The notes: a model not told the origin generated them from the sequence alone. A stretch of 62,215 nt of DNA, filler included, from Dugesia japonica (GCA_001938525.1; 5 parts of 5 records of this genome joined end to end with filler, not necessarily neighbours in it), one strand, 5' to 3'. Positions 1-12,792 are shown, counted from the whole stretch's first letter. Numbers and translations: made by a program.

Positions 1-59
1 TAAATTATAATCTAGTAGAGACTACTTACAACAATTTCTTCATTGAATAAATAGGGTTT

Positions 60-3000
60 AAGGGACTTATATTTTTTTTTCTTATATTTTTTTTTTTATT
101 TTTCCCAATTTTTATGTAATTGGTCCTTTAAACTACAAGATAGCCAATCTCTTATTGTACGAAAATGTCTTTCTATTTGTCCATTGGCTTGGTGATGATA
201 GGGACTTGAATAAATAATATCAAAATTAAATTTTTCTGACAAATTTCGTAATAAATTTGATTCGAAATCTTTGTTTCTATCTACATTAATTGTTTTAGGA
301 ATCCCAAATTTTAAAATCCATTCATTTAAAAGTAATTTCGTGATGGTTTTTCATCTTGTGATATAACAGCCTTTAAATCGTATATTTACTAAATTGATCA
401 ATTATAGCAAAAATGTATTTCTTTCCAATTAAAGTGGTCTGAAATGGTCTGCAAAAATCAATAAAAATCCTTTGAAATATTTCATGTACATTACTTTTAA
501 CCATAATTCCTTTAGTTTTGCATTTCTATGTTTTAGGTTTTTGACAAATGTTTCAACTTGTAATAATTTCTGTGATGGTTTTATTCATATTTGTAAAATC
601 ATATGATGCAGAGATATAATTAATGAGTTTATTAGTCCCAGCATGACACAGNTCTTTGTGTGTTTCTAAAACAAACTCCTGTTTTCTTTCTTCGGGGATA
701 TATATTTTATTTTTCTGACTAAAAACTATTTACTTTCTTGTTTTTGATTGATTCTTGATATTATTGAATCAATTTCCTTACATTTGCTTTGCCATTTATA
801 TTCATTTTTTGTATCTTCAATTGCCAAAATCTTTGTCTTTATTCTTTCTGTTTTCGGATCTTGGTGGGCCATTTGACATTGTTTGTAATCTTCTATATTT
901 AACCTTGATAGGGCATTAGCGTTATTGGGTGATTCACCTTTACTATATTCTAGAATCATATCCAAACTATTTAAGAAATTTATCCAGTTTTNNNNNNNNN
1001 NNNNNNNNNNNNNNNNNNNNNNNNNNNNNNNNNNNNNNNNNNNNNNNNNNNNNNNNNNNNNNNNNNNNNNNNNNNNNNNNNNNNNNNNNNNNNNNNNNNN
1101 NNNNNNNNNNNNNNNNNNCAATTCCTTCCTAGTTATGCAGTATTCAAGTTCATGTTTATTCATGCTTTTCGATCCATATGCAATGGTGACTTCTTTTCCA
1201 TATTTTTTACCTATATTTTTCATGCGATAAAACTGCGCCCATTGAATCAAAACTTGTATCTGTATCTTAAATAAAAGTTTTCTGAAAATTTGGATGTCTT
1301 AATATTGGTGTTTTTGCAAGGCTATCTTTTAGACTTTTAAACTCTTTTTCACATTTTTCAGTNCAAACTAATTTTACCTCTTTAATNCCAATTAACTATT
1401 CCAATGGTCTGGCACTTTTCGAATAACCTTTTATGAATTTGCGATAATAATTTGTTAGACTTAAAAAGCTACGAAGATGCTTAATGCATCGAAGTTTTTC
1501 AAATTTTCTATCGCTTCTATCTTTAAATTATCAGTTTTAATCCCTTCCTTATTTATAATATGACCTAAGAACTTTAATTCGGATGCTAAAAAATTGCATT
1601 TATCTGGATTTAATTTTGGCCCCGATTTTTTAATTCGTAAAAATATTTTTTCAATCCTTTCTTTATGCTCATTTAAATTTTTTGAAAATACTAATATATC
1701 ATCGAGATAAACCAGAGCCTCTTTCCACATCATGTCTCCAATAATAATTGAGATCAATTTTTGGAATTTCGATGGAGCAGCAGCAATACCAAATAGCATT
1801 CGGTTAAAACAATATTGTCCCATTTATTCGAAAATGATGTCTTGAACTTACTATCTTCTTTCAACTCCACCTGATTGTATGCATTTCCTTAGTCTAGGGA
1901 TTAAAAATATTGTGCTCCATTTTAACGAATCAAGCATCTCCTCAATATTTGGAATTGGAAAAGCAGGTCTAACAGTGTATTTATTTAATAATCTNNNNNN
2001 NNNNNNNNNNNNNNNNNNNNNNNNNNNNNNNNNNNNNNNNNNNNNNNNNNNNNNNNNNNNNNNNNNCATGGGGATTCACACTTTTTATAATACCATTTTC
2101 TTCTAAATTATTTATAATTTCTACTATTTTTTCTTCGTAGAGCATTGGCTGCCTTCTAGTTTTCATTAATATCGGTTTGCAATCGGTTTCTATATTTTAT
2201 TTTAAAATGTCTGTTTTACCAATATCCCATTTATTGCTCATAAAATTTCAATTTATCTGAGAATAATATCATGAATACTATTATCGTCATTTAATTTTAA
2301 TTTTTTAATTAACTGTTCGCTACTATTAATACTTATATTATTTGTTGAAAAATTTAGCCTGTAAATTTAAAACGCTGGGATTTATATTATCTATTTCTAT
2401 TAATTTTATTTGTAGAGAATTTTAAATATTTATTCCTATAATTATATATTTATAAGGGGATAAATTCCTTCAGCAATAAAGATTTTGTTAGTACACTTTT
2501 TCCCAATTAATTCAATATTTATATCTACTTTATCTATAATATTTAGGGCACTTGCATTAGCGCATAATACTTACTTGTCATTAACATTTTCATTATTAAG
2601 TTTAATATTTTTAATTTCCCTAGCTATGGTTTTACTCATTACGCTTATTTTCGCCACCGTATCAAATAATTCCTTAAAACAACTTCCATTTAGTTTAATA
2701 TTATTAAAAGGTCTACCATCAATGTTACAATAATTAACAACATTCAAAAATTCAAGCATACATATATCAGTCATTCTATTTTCATCATTCATATTTTTAA
2801 ATATACATTGAATCATTGAATCATTTTCAATCACACCAATACTATTATTAAAATTATTCAAACAATCATCATCACACTCAAACATACTAATCCTCATATC
2901 ATTAATATCATATCTTACATGTAATTTATGGCTCTTATCATTTCCTCTTTGACTGGAGCTTTGGCATTTCCCGAATCATCATTGTTGGCACTCATCATCA

Positions 3001-4260
3001 TATAGAGCAGCAACTTGATTTCTTTTATTGGTAGGATATTATCTGTCATCTCCATGGTATTTGTCATTATTGTAATCTTTGACTTGGTTTCTAATATTCA
3101 TTCTTTTTTCGGTGTCTCCTCGATGGTAACATTTATAACTCAAATATCCTCTTCAATTACAAACAGAACATCGGATATTTGAGCAATCACGGCGTAAGTG
3201 TCCAAATTCATGGCATCCATAACATTGCCTAGAATCTTCATTTTTATTAAATTAAACATATTTGCTTTCTTCTCTACTTTCTGGATACATTTGTCTTGTT
3301 TGTTGACGCATTGGATGTTGAATTGAATTCATTGGTTTCTTAAATGAATATTTCTTTGATTGTTGGATTTCTGGAATTTTTCTTTGATTATTGCTGTATT
3401 TGCAGGGCTGATTATAATTTTCATTTTGTTGATATTTGAAAACTCCAGCATATGATTGTTTTTCTATCGCATTTATTTGTGCCACTGGTTTATTTTTATC
3501 GATGCAATGCAAAATATTTTTTATATATTTGCATGGAGTTGGACCTTTCTGTACGTTTTTAGTTTCGATTTGTTCCTCTTCTTTAAATACTTTCCCTCTT
3601 AATAAATCTTCAGTCATTTTATAACACAGAATTTCTTCCTACTGTGTTTCATTGTCAAGATAATGCTTCAGGAAAAATGTGATCAATTTAGTGCTGGTTA
3701 ATTTATGTCGCATAATATTTTTAACGTTTTTTTCAATTTTTGAAATGTATACATCCANCGTATCGTTTCTTCTTTTGTAATTTAGCAATTTGATTAGATC
3801 GTCGGCTTAATCTGGGCTTTTTAAAAATGCATTTTGCATGCTTTTTCATAATCTTCTTCTGTAATTTGGCAAAAATATTTTTCTTGACTCTTCGTCTAAA
3901 TATGCTCTGATANNNNNNNNNNNNNNNNNNNNNNNNNNNNNNNNNNNNNNNNNNNNNNNNNNCAATATTTCTTTGGTTGTTGTCGAGATGGATCATTGAA
4001 AAATATTGCTCCATGCTCTTCAAAAATTCTTCAACATCATCATTTGTGGTAAATATTCTTGGATGAGGAAGAATTTGTAAAAGATCTTTCGTGGATAACG
4101 TGGTTGCCACGTTATAAAGAAGTCCGACTAAAGTTCCTAAAATATATTTTATAACAATATGACATCATCGGCTTTTATATTTATTGTTTTAGAAGCCAGC
4201 AGTCTTGGGGAAATCTATGAAATAATAATACGGGACTAAAACAAATAAATCAACATACCT
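60..4260 (-). mobile_element. Decayed Ty3/gypsy (Metaviridae) LTR retrotransposon: gag-protease-RT-RNaseH-integrase
   Basis: Gag about 3120-4110 with tandem zinc knuckles (CYGCHEFGHLRRDC; CSVCN*RGYLSYKC). Protease motif LFDTVAKISV about 2640-2670. RT motifs FPIPNIEEMLD, RMLFGIAAAP and LVYLDDILVF at 1461-2170. RNase H (IAYGSKSMNKHELEYCITRKEL, NANALSR) 900-1260. Integrase (IIDQFSKY, SSPYHHQANGQIER) 150-480. Many frameshifts and stops; LTRs not resolved. Confidence 0.93.
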
Positions 4261-4287
4261 NNNNNNNNNNNNNNNNNNNNNNNNNNN

Positions 4288-5290
4288 TTAATTTATACGA
4301 GCACTGAGAGATGATTTTGTAATCATCTCACAATATCCAATCTCAAATTTTCTTGTTGAGACAATTGACGCTGATTTATTTCGAAATCCTTAGCAAGAAC
4401 AAATGTAAATAGCGGGTATTTGCTTTTAAATTCCTCAAGTGTTATTCCGCAATTCATATTCTTATCCAAATATTCTTTATTTCGAACAATATATTGCATA
4501 TATTTTGTACTATAATTATCATTTTCAAAATCTTTAATATATGTCTCTCAATAATGAATGTTTTTCGATAATGATATGGAGGTATCATTTAAATGTTGGA
4601 ATGTTGAAGTAGAAGTTTTATAATTACCATTATATTGATCGCCATTTTGAAATGCAATTAGAAAAAAGTTGGGTAAACGACGATCCCCAAGTATTTGCTC
4701 CTTATAAAATGATGTGCTATCTTTACTAATTGCAAAAGCAACAACTTCCTTCTTTCTTATCGGATAAATCACATTTTTCTTTTTTAAATAGGTAGATTCA
4801 TTGGCTGAAGATTCCAAACAAATTTTAGGAGATACTCTTTTCAATCAAAGGTGAACATTAACACCTGGAATAAGATATTTTAGTTGATCCATAAAGTCAA
4901 GTTGCAATGAACCACATAGGGATAATGCTTTAGATGCTTTTATAGTCTTTTTTCTATTTTCTTCTTATCCATTCCTCATTGCTGTAAGACAAATGTTATT
5001 ACTGTCACCATTATAGTTTAATATAGTTTTAATCAATGCTTTTTGAATATGGGTTCCATTTCCACCTTCAATTTTGAAATTAATAAATGAAAAAAATACA
5101 TCCTTAAAAAGCATATGCAACATATAACTCTACATCACTATGTGATTCAAAATTTGAATTCATAGGAAAGACCTCATCAAATGCACCACTTTCAATAACT
5201 GCTTGAGGTGAATCACGATCAAAAATACACAATTCAGTTTTACCACAAATCATTTTCAAAAGTTTTTCTATGTACTCGTATTCGCTTGTT
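4288..5290 (-). pseudogene. Polinton major capsid protein (double jelly-roll), frameshifted with internal deletions
   Basis: Minus-strand pieces KTELCIFDRDSPQAVIESGAFDEVFP, KALIKTILNYNGD, LDFMDQLKYLIPGVNVHL and QILGDRRLPNFFLIAFQNGDQYNGNYKTSTSTFQHLN follow the order of Polinton MCP motifs (KSELDLF..P.Q; IETLLNY; DIFNQ.KYL..GV; LGQLP......N..FNG...NPFNFQH). Confidence 0.8.
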
Positions 5291-5332
5291 TATACGTGAT
5301 GCTTTCGATTTTTGACGTTTTTTAATAATTTA

Positions 5333-5635
5333 TTATTTTTGCTTTCTTATCATATTACTTATTTCTGGCGAAATCTTATTTTTTATACTGTATGGTAACA
5401 TGTTTGTAACTTTTGGGGTCATATTAGTTACTCCACTAAGTAGCGAAGACACTATATTACCAAGTTTTGTCAATGCATTAGATTTCAATGTTAGTGATAT
5501 TTTTCCATTATTGGCTATTACATCTTGAGCAGGTTTTATACCGAATGACCCAATACGCTTAAGAATAAGAAGCACAAATCTATCTATTGCTCGCAACCAA
5601 CCTGAACCATACTTTTTTCCTACAAAGTTAGGCAA
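5333..5635 (-). CDS. Polinton small basic/amphipathic virion protein (PX / pVI-like)
   Basis: ORF contains GKKYGSGWLRAIDRFVLLILKRIG, resembling the G-x-G amphipathic helix of the small gene found between penton and MCP in Polintons; position fits. Confidence 0.6.
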   Translation of the reverse strand: MPNFVGKKYGSGWLRAIDRFVLLILKRIGSFGIKPAQDVIANNGKISLTLKSNALTKLGNIVSSLLSGVTNMTPKVTNMLPYSIKNKISPEISNMIRKQK

Positions 5636-5639
5636 TTTT

Positions 5640-6325
5640 GTGTTTTTGAATCTTTTGTAAACTTGATTAATTTCCCGTTATCATCACGTATATTAATTTC
5701 TATATTGTTTATACATGTTGTTGCAATTGGTAAATACATTGGATTATCAACTATTATTTATAATACTTAATCAGTTTCATGCTTTTCTATGCACACAGGT
5801 TTCAAAAGAGGAAATTAACATTTCCTACAATTATGGGTTTAACAATACATTTGTTGATGTAACTTAACTATTTTTGAGTTTCTTACACTTTGTAATACAC
5901 CATCCTGCATATCTGCACGTGAATATTGTTGTTTTTTAAATTCCAATCTTCTTGTCAAGACTTTATTGAATGTAACAGTTTTAATATCATCTTTTAGCGA
6001 GAATTGAAATTAAAGAATCTTCTTAAAATAATGTATACTTAATATTAAAAAATACAGTATCCATGTTGTTAATCTTATATGGGAATCCAAATTTGTGTAC
6101 GATTTTTTTCTGTTCAAATATGGTAACATATCGATATTCACCACTAATAGTTAAAAAACTCATATATGATATATAAGCATTGCCATTTTCAAGGATTGAC
6201 ACTTAAGGATTTGCTTAATTGTAACTGTGGTTTCATTTGATATATGTTTTGTAGATATGTTTTGAATTTTGGGCTTGCTATATAATGGAAATGTTTGATT
6301 TACGAAGGTAAAATTCAACATGAAT
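5640..6325 (-). pseudogene. Polinton minor capsid (penton) protein, fragmented
   Basis: C-terminal NPMYLPIATTCINNIEINIRDDNG (about 5675-5750) matches the penton P.Y.P...I..I.I.I.D..G signature; N-terminal VEFYLRKSNIS follows the integrase. Confidence 0.65.
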
Positions 6326-6329
6326 TCAA

Positions 6330-6990
6330 TAATGAATTGAACTGCCATGCCACTTTACATAAAATTGTTTATTCTTTTTTGTTCCTCTCAATTTTATAAT
6401 TTTCTGATTTTCAATATTGAAGGTGAAATGACTTGTAATTCTTGCTCATAAAATTTTTCTTGTATTATATTATTCTCAGAATCTTTAATTTCATACATAA
6501 CTGGACTTGGTTTAGTATTGATTTTTGTTATTTGAAACATTTCATTACTCCAATTGCTATCAAACATTTTAATGAATGAAAATGGACTTATTTTGGAGAT
6601 TCTAACATGGTCACTTTACATTTTGGTTTCTTGATTGCTTTAGTTTGATGACGCGATATAACCATAATTTTAGTTCATTGTTTGAACTTACTTCAACCGG
6701 TCTTGCTCCATTTAAAGATGTATGACTTGAATGATTATAACTTTGAATCATTTTCTGCAACACGTTTATCCAGGTTTTATTGCCAGTAGACGCAAAATCT
6801 TTTTTCAAAGCATCTCTTAATGTGCAATTAAATCTCTCTACATGTGCCACTTTATACTGTGAGAATAAGGTATAATGATTTATGTTTACATTTGATAAAA
6901 GATTTTTGACTTTAGTGTTGTAAAATTCCTTGCCAAATCCGTTTGTAAATTTCCAGGATTTCCTTCTTTGAACATTGACTGAATAGCAAC
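6330..6990 (-). pseudogene. Polinton-type rve integrase with C-terminal chromodomain; N-terminus missing
   Basis: GKEFYN, KVAHVERFNCTLR, WINVLQKMIQSYNHSSHTSL.GARP, VRISK, NWSNEMFQI, YEIKD, KFYEQELQ and chromo-like QFYVKWHG. Confidence 0.88.
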
Positions 6991-7265
6991 TTTGTAGTGT
7001 ATATGGCGGTTTCCCGACAAGTTTGTAACCTTNNNNNNNNNNNNNNNNNNNNNNNNNNNNNNNNNNNNNNNNNNNNNNNNNNNNNNNNNNNNNNNNNNNN
7101 NNNNNNNNNNNNNNNNNTTCTCGGGAAACCGCCACTACTTGGGTTATCAGCTTTATTTTGAAATTTGAATTTTAAAAAAACATCCCAAAGGGTCCCATTA
7201 AAGTTTGAAAAGAAATTTTAATGTCTAATATGAATCTTTAATAAAAAAATGAGTTAATAAAATTT

Positions 7266-7410
7266 ATAGTATAGAATTATAGTAAAGAATTACAGTATGG
7301 AATAAAAGTATAGAATTAAAGTATAGAATTACAATATAGAATTATAGTATAAAATTAAGTAAATATAGTATGGACTTAAGGGAAAACAGTATGGAAAAAT
7401 AGTATGGTGT
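7266..7410 (+). repeat. Degenerate ~13-bp tandem repeat (AGTATAGAATTAT) in the divergent intergenic region of the Polinton
   Basis: About 8-10 copies of agtatagaatta/agtatggaa directly upstream of the first + strand ATG at 7430. Confidence 0.75.
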
Positions 7411-7429
7411 TAAATTTTTTATTTATAAA

Positions 7430-8510
7430 ATGTCTTGTAATAATAAATTATATATAACTGAAGTAGAATTTTTTTAACTCTTAAAAGTTATAATTTTATT
7501 GAAAATTCAGTTTTGGGTTTTTATAAACAAAATAACTTGAGTGAAAAAACTGTGAGAAAACATTTAAGAGAATTTAATATTCCTTATAATAGAAGAACAA
7601 AAATTTAAACTTTAAAAAGAGATGTTAATGGTCAATATAAATCTTTAAAACAAAGATAAGAACGGTTGCAAAATCAAACACAAAACCAACAAATCCAAAA
7701 TCTTATTAGACCACTTCAAAATCAAAATTCTAATAGACCAGTTCAAATTCAAAACCAACAACTACAAAAACCTATAGTAGATTATCGGGAAATGAGTGAT
7801 TCAGATTTTCTAAACGTTGTTGAAAATACTATTCGCGGTAATGTAAAATAACTTTATTTTATTTCTAAAGAAAATGGGTAGTAAAAAANAAGTTATCAGT
7901 AAATCAAAATAACAAAAACTTTTGGGTATAAATACTTTAAATAATAGTATAAATAATTTAGCAAACCTTGAAAAATTTACTATTTCTGAAATTGAAAGTT
8001 TTGCCAAATGTGAAATTACAAATAAAACAGCAAAAAAATATTTAGCTCTTTTAAAGGAAATGTATTTACAAGTTGAAAATTTTAATGAATGCGAAAAGTT
8101 TAAAATATTATTAAGTATTATGGTTTCTAAATTTTTTGAATCAGAATGAAAAAGTAAATTAATAAATCAATTTTCTAAACAAGATGTAAGAAATATTGAA
8201 ATTATAAAACAATTAGAAATTGATTATCAAAAAGAAAGGGATGAAAATAAAAAATTTAGAGAACAATTAAATTTAGCTCTAAAACCAAAATTTATTGAAC
8301 ATCCAGGTTTAAAACTTACATTGATAAAATGGGAAGAAGATGATGATTTAATTATTACAAATGAAGATTGTATAAATATTGCTAAAAAAAATAAAAGAAA
8401 ATAGTGATGGTTTAAAAGTATTAAAAGTACCAGAAGAATATGAAGGAGAGATAAAAAGAGTTAACTCAGCTAAAAGCGATTTAGCAAATTATGTAGTAAA
8501 AACTTAAAAC
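7430..8510 (+). pseudogene. Polinton accessory gene(s), N-terminal helix-turn-helix-like segment, Gln-rich linker
   Basis: Starts after tttataaaATG; NLSEKTVRKHLREFNIPYNRR looks like an HTH recognition helix; frameshifted pieces at 7666-7851 and 7922-8149. Confidence 0.45.
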
Positions 8511-8530
8511 TCAAAATAAATTATATAAAA

Positions 8531-8910
8531 ATGGGAAGTAATAATGTTCTTGATTATATTAATTATGTAAATTTATTTGATCCACAAAAATTTATTAAAT
8601 CTCAGAAAATTTTGTTTAGTAGTAAAATATCAAAAATTGAGTTTTAAAAATCCAGATTTAAACGATACAGATATTGCTGTAGAAATGGGAATAACAATTC
8701 GCACATTAAATAAAACTTAAAGAGAATTTAATTTAAAACCACCAGTATAAAGATATTCTAGAGTTCAATATTCATTTAATGAACAAACAAATAATTTTAT
8801 TAAAAATAAGTATGGTGATTATGTTTTTAATATTAAAACAAATACTTTTGAAATTCAAGAAATTCCAAAAAAACAAAGTTTAACTGATAAAAGAAATAAG
8901 AACCTTTAAG
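8531..8910 (+). pseudogene. Polinton accessory HTH protein
   Basis: tataaaaATG start; PDLNDTDIAVEMGITIRTLNKT*REFNL is an HTH pattern similar to the upstream gene (REFNI/REFNL). Confidence 0.5.
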
Positions 8911-8951
8911 TTAGTTAATTTTTTTATACAACTAAATTTTTTATCTATAAA

Positions 8952-11900
8952 ATGAATAATTCTAACAAAAATATCATTAGTGGGAATCAATGCGCTTTAG
9001 CAGTTGATTTTAAATGTCCTCTGTGTAACAAGTCATTTATAAATAACGCATGATTGTCGTCGCATATCCAATCTCGAACCTGTTCACGATCGGTACACAA
9101 TCATTACACATGTAACATATGTCACAAAACATTAGCAAGTGAAAAAGGCTTGCGACTGCATAAACACTCCACCACATGTGGAGCTTTAGGAGCTTCAGGT
9201 GGTGGAAGTAGTAGAGGTTCTGCAGGGATTGGTGTGATTCCTTTGTATTGTAATATTTGTAATCATAAATTCACAAGAAGAAATCATGCTCAATCCCATT
9301 TCAACAGTGATTTACACAAAGAGCGTGTAAAAAAATTGAATGAAGAAAAAGTTAGAATTATTTGATGAATTACCTGGAGACGAAGCAATTGATTTTGAAA
9401 AGAATGAAATTCGAAAGTTATTAAAATATTTGAAAAATATAAAGTATTATAATATCGAATATTTTTAAGAAAGTAAAATTGAATTAACAAGAAACGTAAA
9501 AACACTAAATTGTAAATTAATAACCAGGTTTAAAAAAGAAATTATTTTGATTATTCAAAAAAGTTGATATTACGATTGAGTGTCAATTGTAATTATAATA
9601 AAGAAGATGAAGAAAGAATATTTAATTCATATTCNNNNNNNNNNNNNNNNNNNNNNNNNNNNNNNNNNNNNNNNNNNNNNNNNNNNNNNNNNNNNNNNNN
9701 NNNNNNNNNNNNNNNAGATGAAGATCAAAGTGGAAGTGGATGGAATTTGGATTATATAATTGATTTTAAAATTGAACTGTCAAAATATCAATCATTAGTT
9801 GGCTCAAGTTATCAAAATTACCTTTTATTAAACTAGTTGTAATTAATATTAAAATTAAACATAATTATTGTTTTCTATATTCGATTTTAGCTCATAAACA
9901 TTTATTTGAAGATCAACCAACTAGAGTTACAAATTATACTCTTTATTTATCTGAATTTAAAATAAACGAAATGAATTTTCCAGCAAGTATTGATAATGTA
10001 AAATTATTTGAAAAATTAAATGATTTTAAAAGAAATTTTTTTGAAGTAGTATATTTCTCATTATATTAAGTTATGAAAGTAACCCGTCATCAAACATAAA
10101 TAAATGTAATTTATTATTTTATAAAGGTCATTATATTTTATGTAAAGATGTTGGTGTTTTTGCAAGTACTAATAAAAATAAAAATCATTTGTGTTTATGT
10201 TGTATGAATTCATACAGAANTAAAACTTTATTAATTAATCATCAAAAAGAATGTATAAATCATGATTCTTCAAATGTTTATTTTGAAACTGATAAATATT
10301 ATTCATTTAAAAATCATCATTTTGGAAATGAATTACCATTTGTAATTTATTCTGATTTTGAAAGTTATACAAATAGAATTTCTTAAATAACAAAACCATT
10401 ATCTCTTGAAATTTATATCTAAAGTAAATATCCTGAATTAATTCAAAATGAATATAAAGAATTCCTTGGAGAAAATATTCATGAACAGTTCTTTCAATTT
10501 TTAGAAGAAATATAAAATAAATTAATTGATATTAAAGAAAATAAATTAATTCCTTATTTTAGAGGAGATGTGCCTGAACTTAGGGAAGGTAAGCAAACTC
10601 ACCTAAAATAAAATTAATAAATTAATTGATTAAATAAATTAATAAGTCCTGAAAAACCAGTTTTACATCACGATCATTTCAATGGAGAATTCAGAGGTTA
10701 TGCTCATTCAAATTGTGATTTGCAAGATAAATCAATTAAAGAATTATTTATTCCTTTATATTTTCACAATGCTTCTGGTCACGATAATATCTGTTTTTCA
10801 AGAAATTATTAACAAAATATCCAACAGAAGTTAAAAGAATAATTCCTTATACTGATGAAGTTTACATTTCCTTTGAATTCCGACAGATTAGATTTTTAGA
10901 TTTAGCAAGAATGTGTCCATTTACATCGATTGATACAATGGGTAAATTATTAAATCAATCTGGAAAATATAACCATTTAAAATCATTTAATCTATCTCCA
11001 AAGAAAATATCATTTCCATATGAATATGTTAAAGGAGAAAATATTAATCAAGTTATTGAATTATTAAAAAGTAGTCACATACCATCAAAAGAAGATTTCA
11101 ATAATAAACTAAAACAACAAAAAATAACTGATCAAGAATACAATGAATTTTTACAAGATTTCAGTAACTTTAATAATTTATGGGATTATAGGATGTTTTA
11201 TATGAAATTAGATGTAATTATTTTAGCAGACTTCTTTGCAAATTTCAGAGATTTGTTTAAATAATTATCAAAATGATCTAAGTTATTGCTATTCTGCTCC
11301 AGGATTAACTCGGGCTGCAGGAACAAAATTCACACAAGTTAAATTAAAATATGCTCTAAAGAAAGTTATGATACTTTCCTAAAAATTGAAAGAGGAGTTA
11401 GAGGAGGATATTCGGGTGTTTGTGGAGAAAGACAGGTTTTTAATAATAACAATATTAAAAACAGTAATTATAAAAAAATAAATCAAGCTGAAAAAAAGAT
11501 TTATTAAAATTATTAAAAGAAGGAAAATCAATTACACCTGAATACTTTGAAGATACATTTATAAAATATCTAGATGAAAACAGTCTTTACGCAAGCTGTA
11601 TAACAAAACCTTTACCAACTCATGAAATAATTGTATCTGATAATTTAATATATAGAAAATCAACCCCAGAAATTACTTACATTTATGAAGTTGATTTAGA
11701 ATATCTTCAAGAAATCAATGAAAAGACAAAATACTTTCCATNAGCTCCAGATAGAATAAATATAACTCAAGAAATGTTAGGACCATATCAATTGTCTTTT
11801 CAAAAGAAATTATCTAAGAAAAATATTAAATTAACGTTGAATCAATTTGATAAAAAAAATTATATAGTTTTAGGAAGTACATTAGATTTGTATTTATTTT

Positions 11901-12792
11901 TTGGAATGAAAAATAAAAAAATACATTCTAAATATATTCTTCCTGCAAAACCTTGGTTAAAAGATTACATTCAATTTAATATCGATCAAAGAAACACATC
12001 TAAAAGAACAAACGATGTATTTGGAGATTATTTCTTTAAATTATTAAATAATGCTTTATATGGAAAGACTTTAGAAGATATTAGAAAAAGGTGTAATGCA
12101 GAAATAGTTGGAACTGATAAAGATTATAAGAAATTTGCATCAAAAATAAACTTTAGATTTAGTAAAATATTTATATGTACAGAAACTGAAGCGTAGAAAC
12201 AGCAGCTATTTATTTAAGGCAATCTAAATTAAAATATAATAAATTCCCATACATAGGATTTACTATTTTAGAATATGCAAATGAAGTAATTTATGACTTA
12301 ATTTATAATTAGTTAGATGTAAATATTCCTAACAAGTATAAAATACATTATAGTGACTCAATCTTTGTAGAAATAATTGGAAGAGATAATTTTAAAAAAA
12401 GTAGAAAGTTTATTAGGTAATAATTTATTTCAAATGAAGGATGAGAAACCAAATTTTGAAATAATTAAATGTGATTTTATAAAAGCTAAAAGTTATGCTT
12501 ATGAATATGACACCAAGTTAGACAAAAGACATAAAGGTGTTTCAAAGTTTAATGAAATATGGATGAAGGAATTCGATAAAGCTTAAATTCAAAAGAAAAT
12601 ATTTATGGAACTAATTATTCACTCAAATCACAAAAACACAAAATAAAATTAGTTGAAAAAAAGATTGCTTTAACTGGTTATGATGATAAAAGATTGAGTG
12701 AGGATAATGGTATAAGAACTTGGCCACATGGAAATAAGTTTAAATGTGAAAATTGTAATCAATGGCATTCAAGATTAGATAAATTAAAATAA
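8952..12792 (+). pseudogene. Protein-primed family B DNA polymerase (pPolB) with three N-terminal zinc fingers and an endonuclease VII-like insert
   Basis: Zinc fingers CPLCNKSF, CNICHKTL and CNICNHKF; GSGW motif; ExoI LPFVIYSDFES; HHDHFNGEFRGYAHSNC; ExoII YFHNASGHD; FPYEY; ExoIII YMKLDVIILADFF; GVRGGYS; YLDENSLY; FFKLLNNALYGKT; degenerate YSDS; KSYAY; KGV; YDDKR. Many frameshifts. Confidence 0.93.

Noticed and set aside
14-27. AGTAGAGACTACT as the left Polinton terminus
   Set aside because: Short, lies within or next to the gypsy integrase region at the window edge, and GAGACTACT is in direct rather than inverted orientation to 12871-12879; probably chance.
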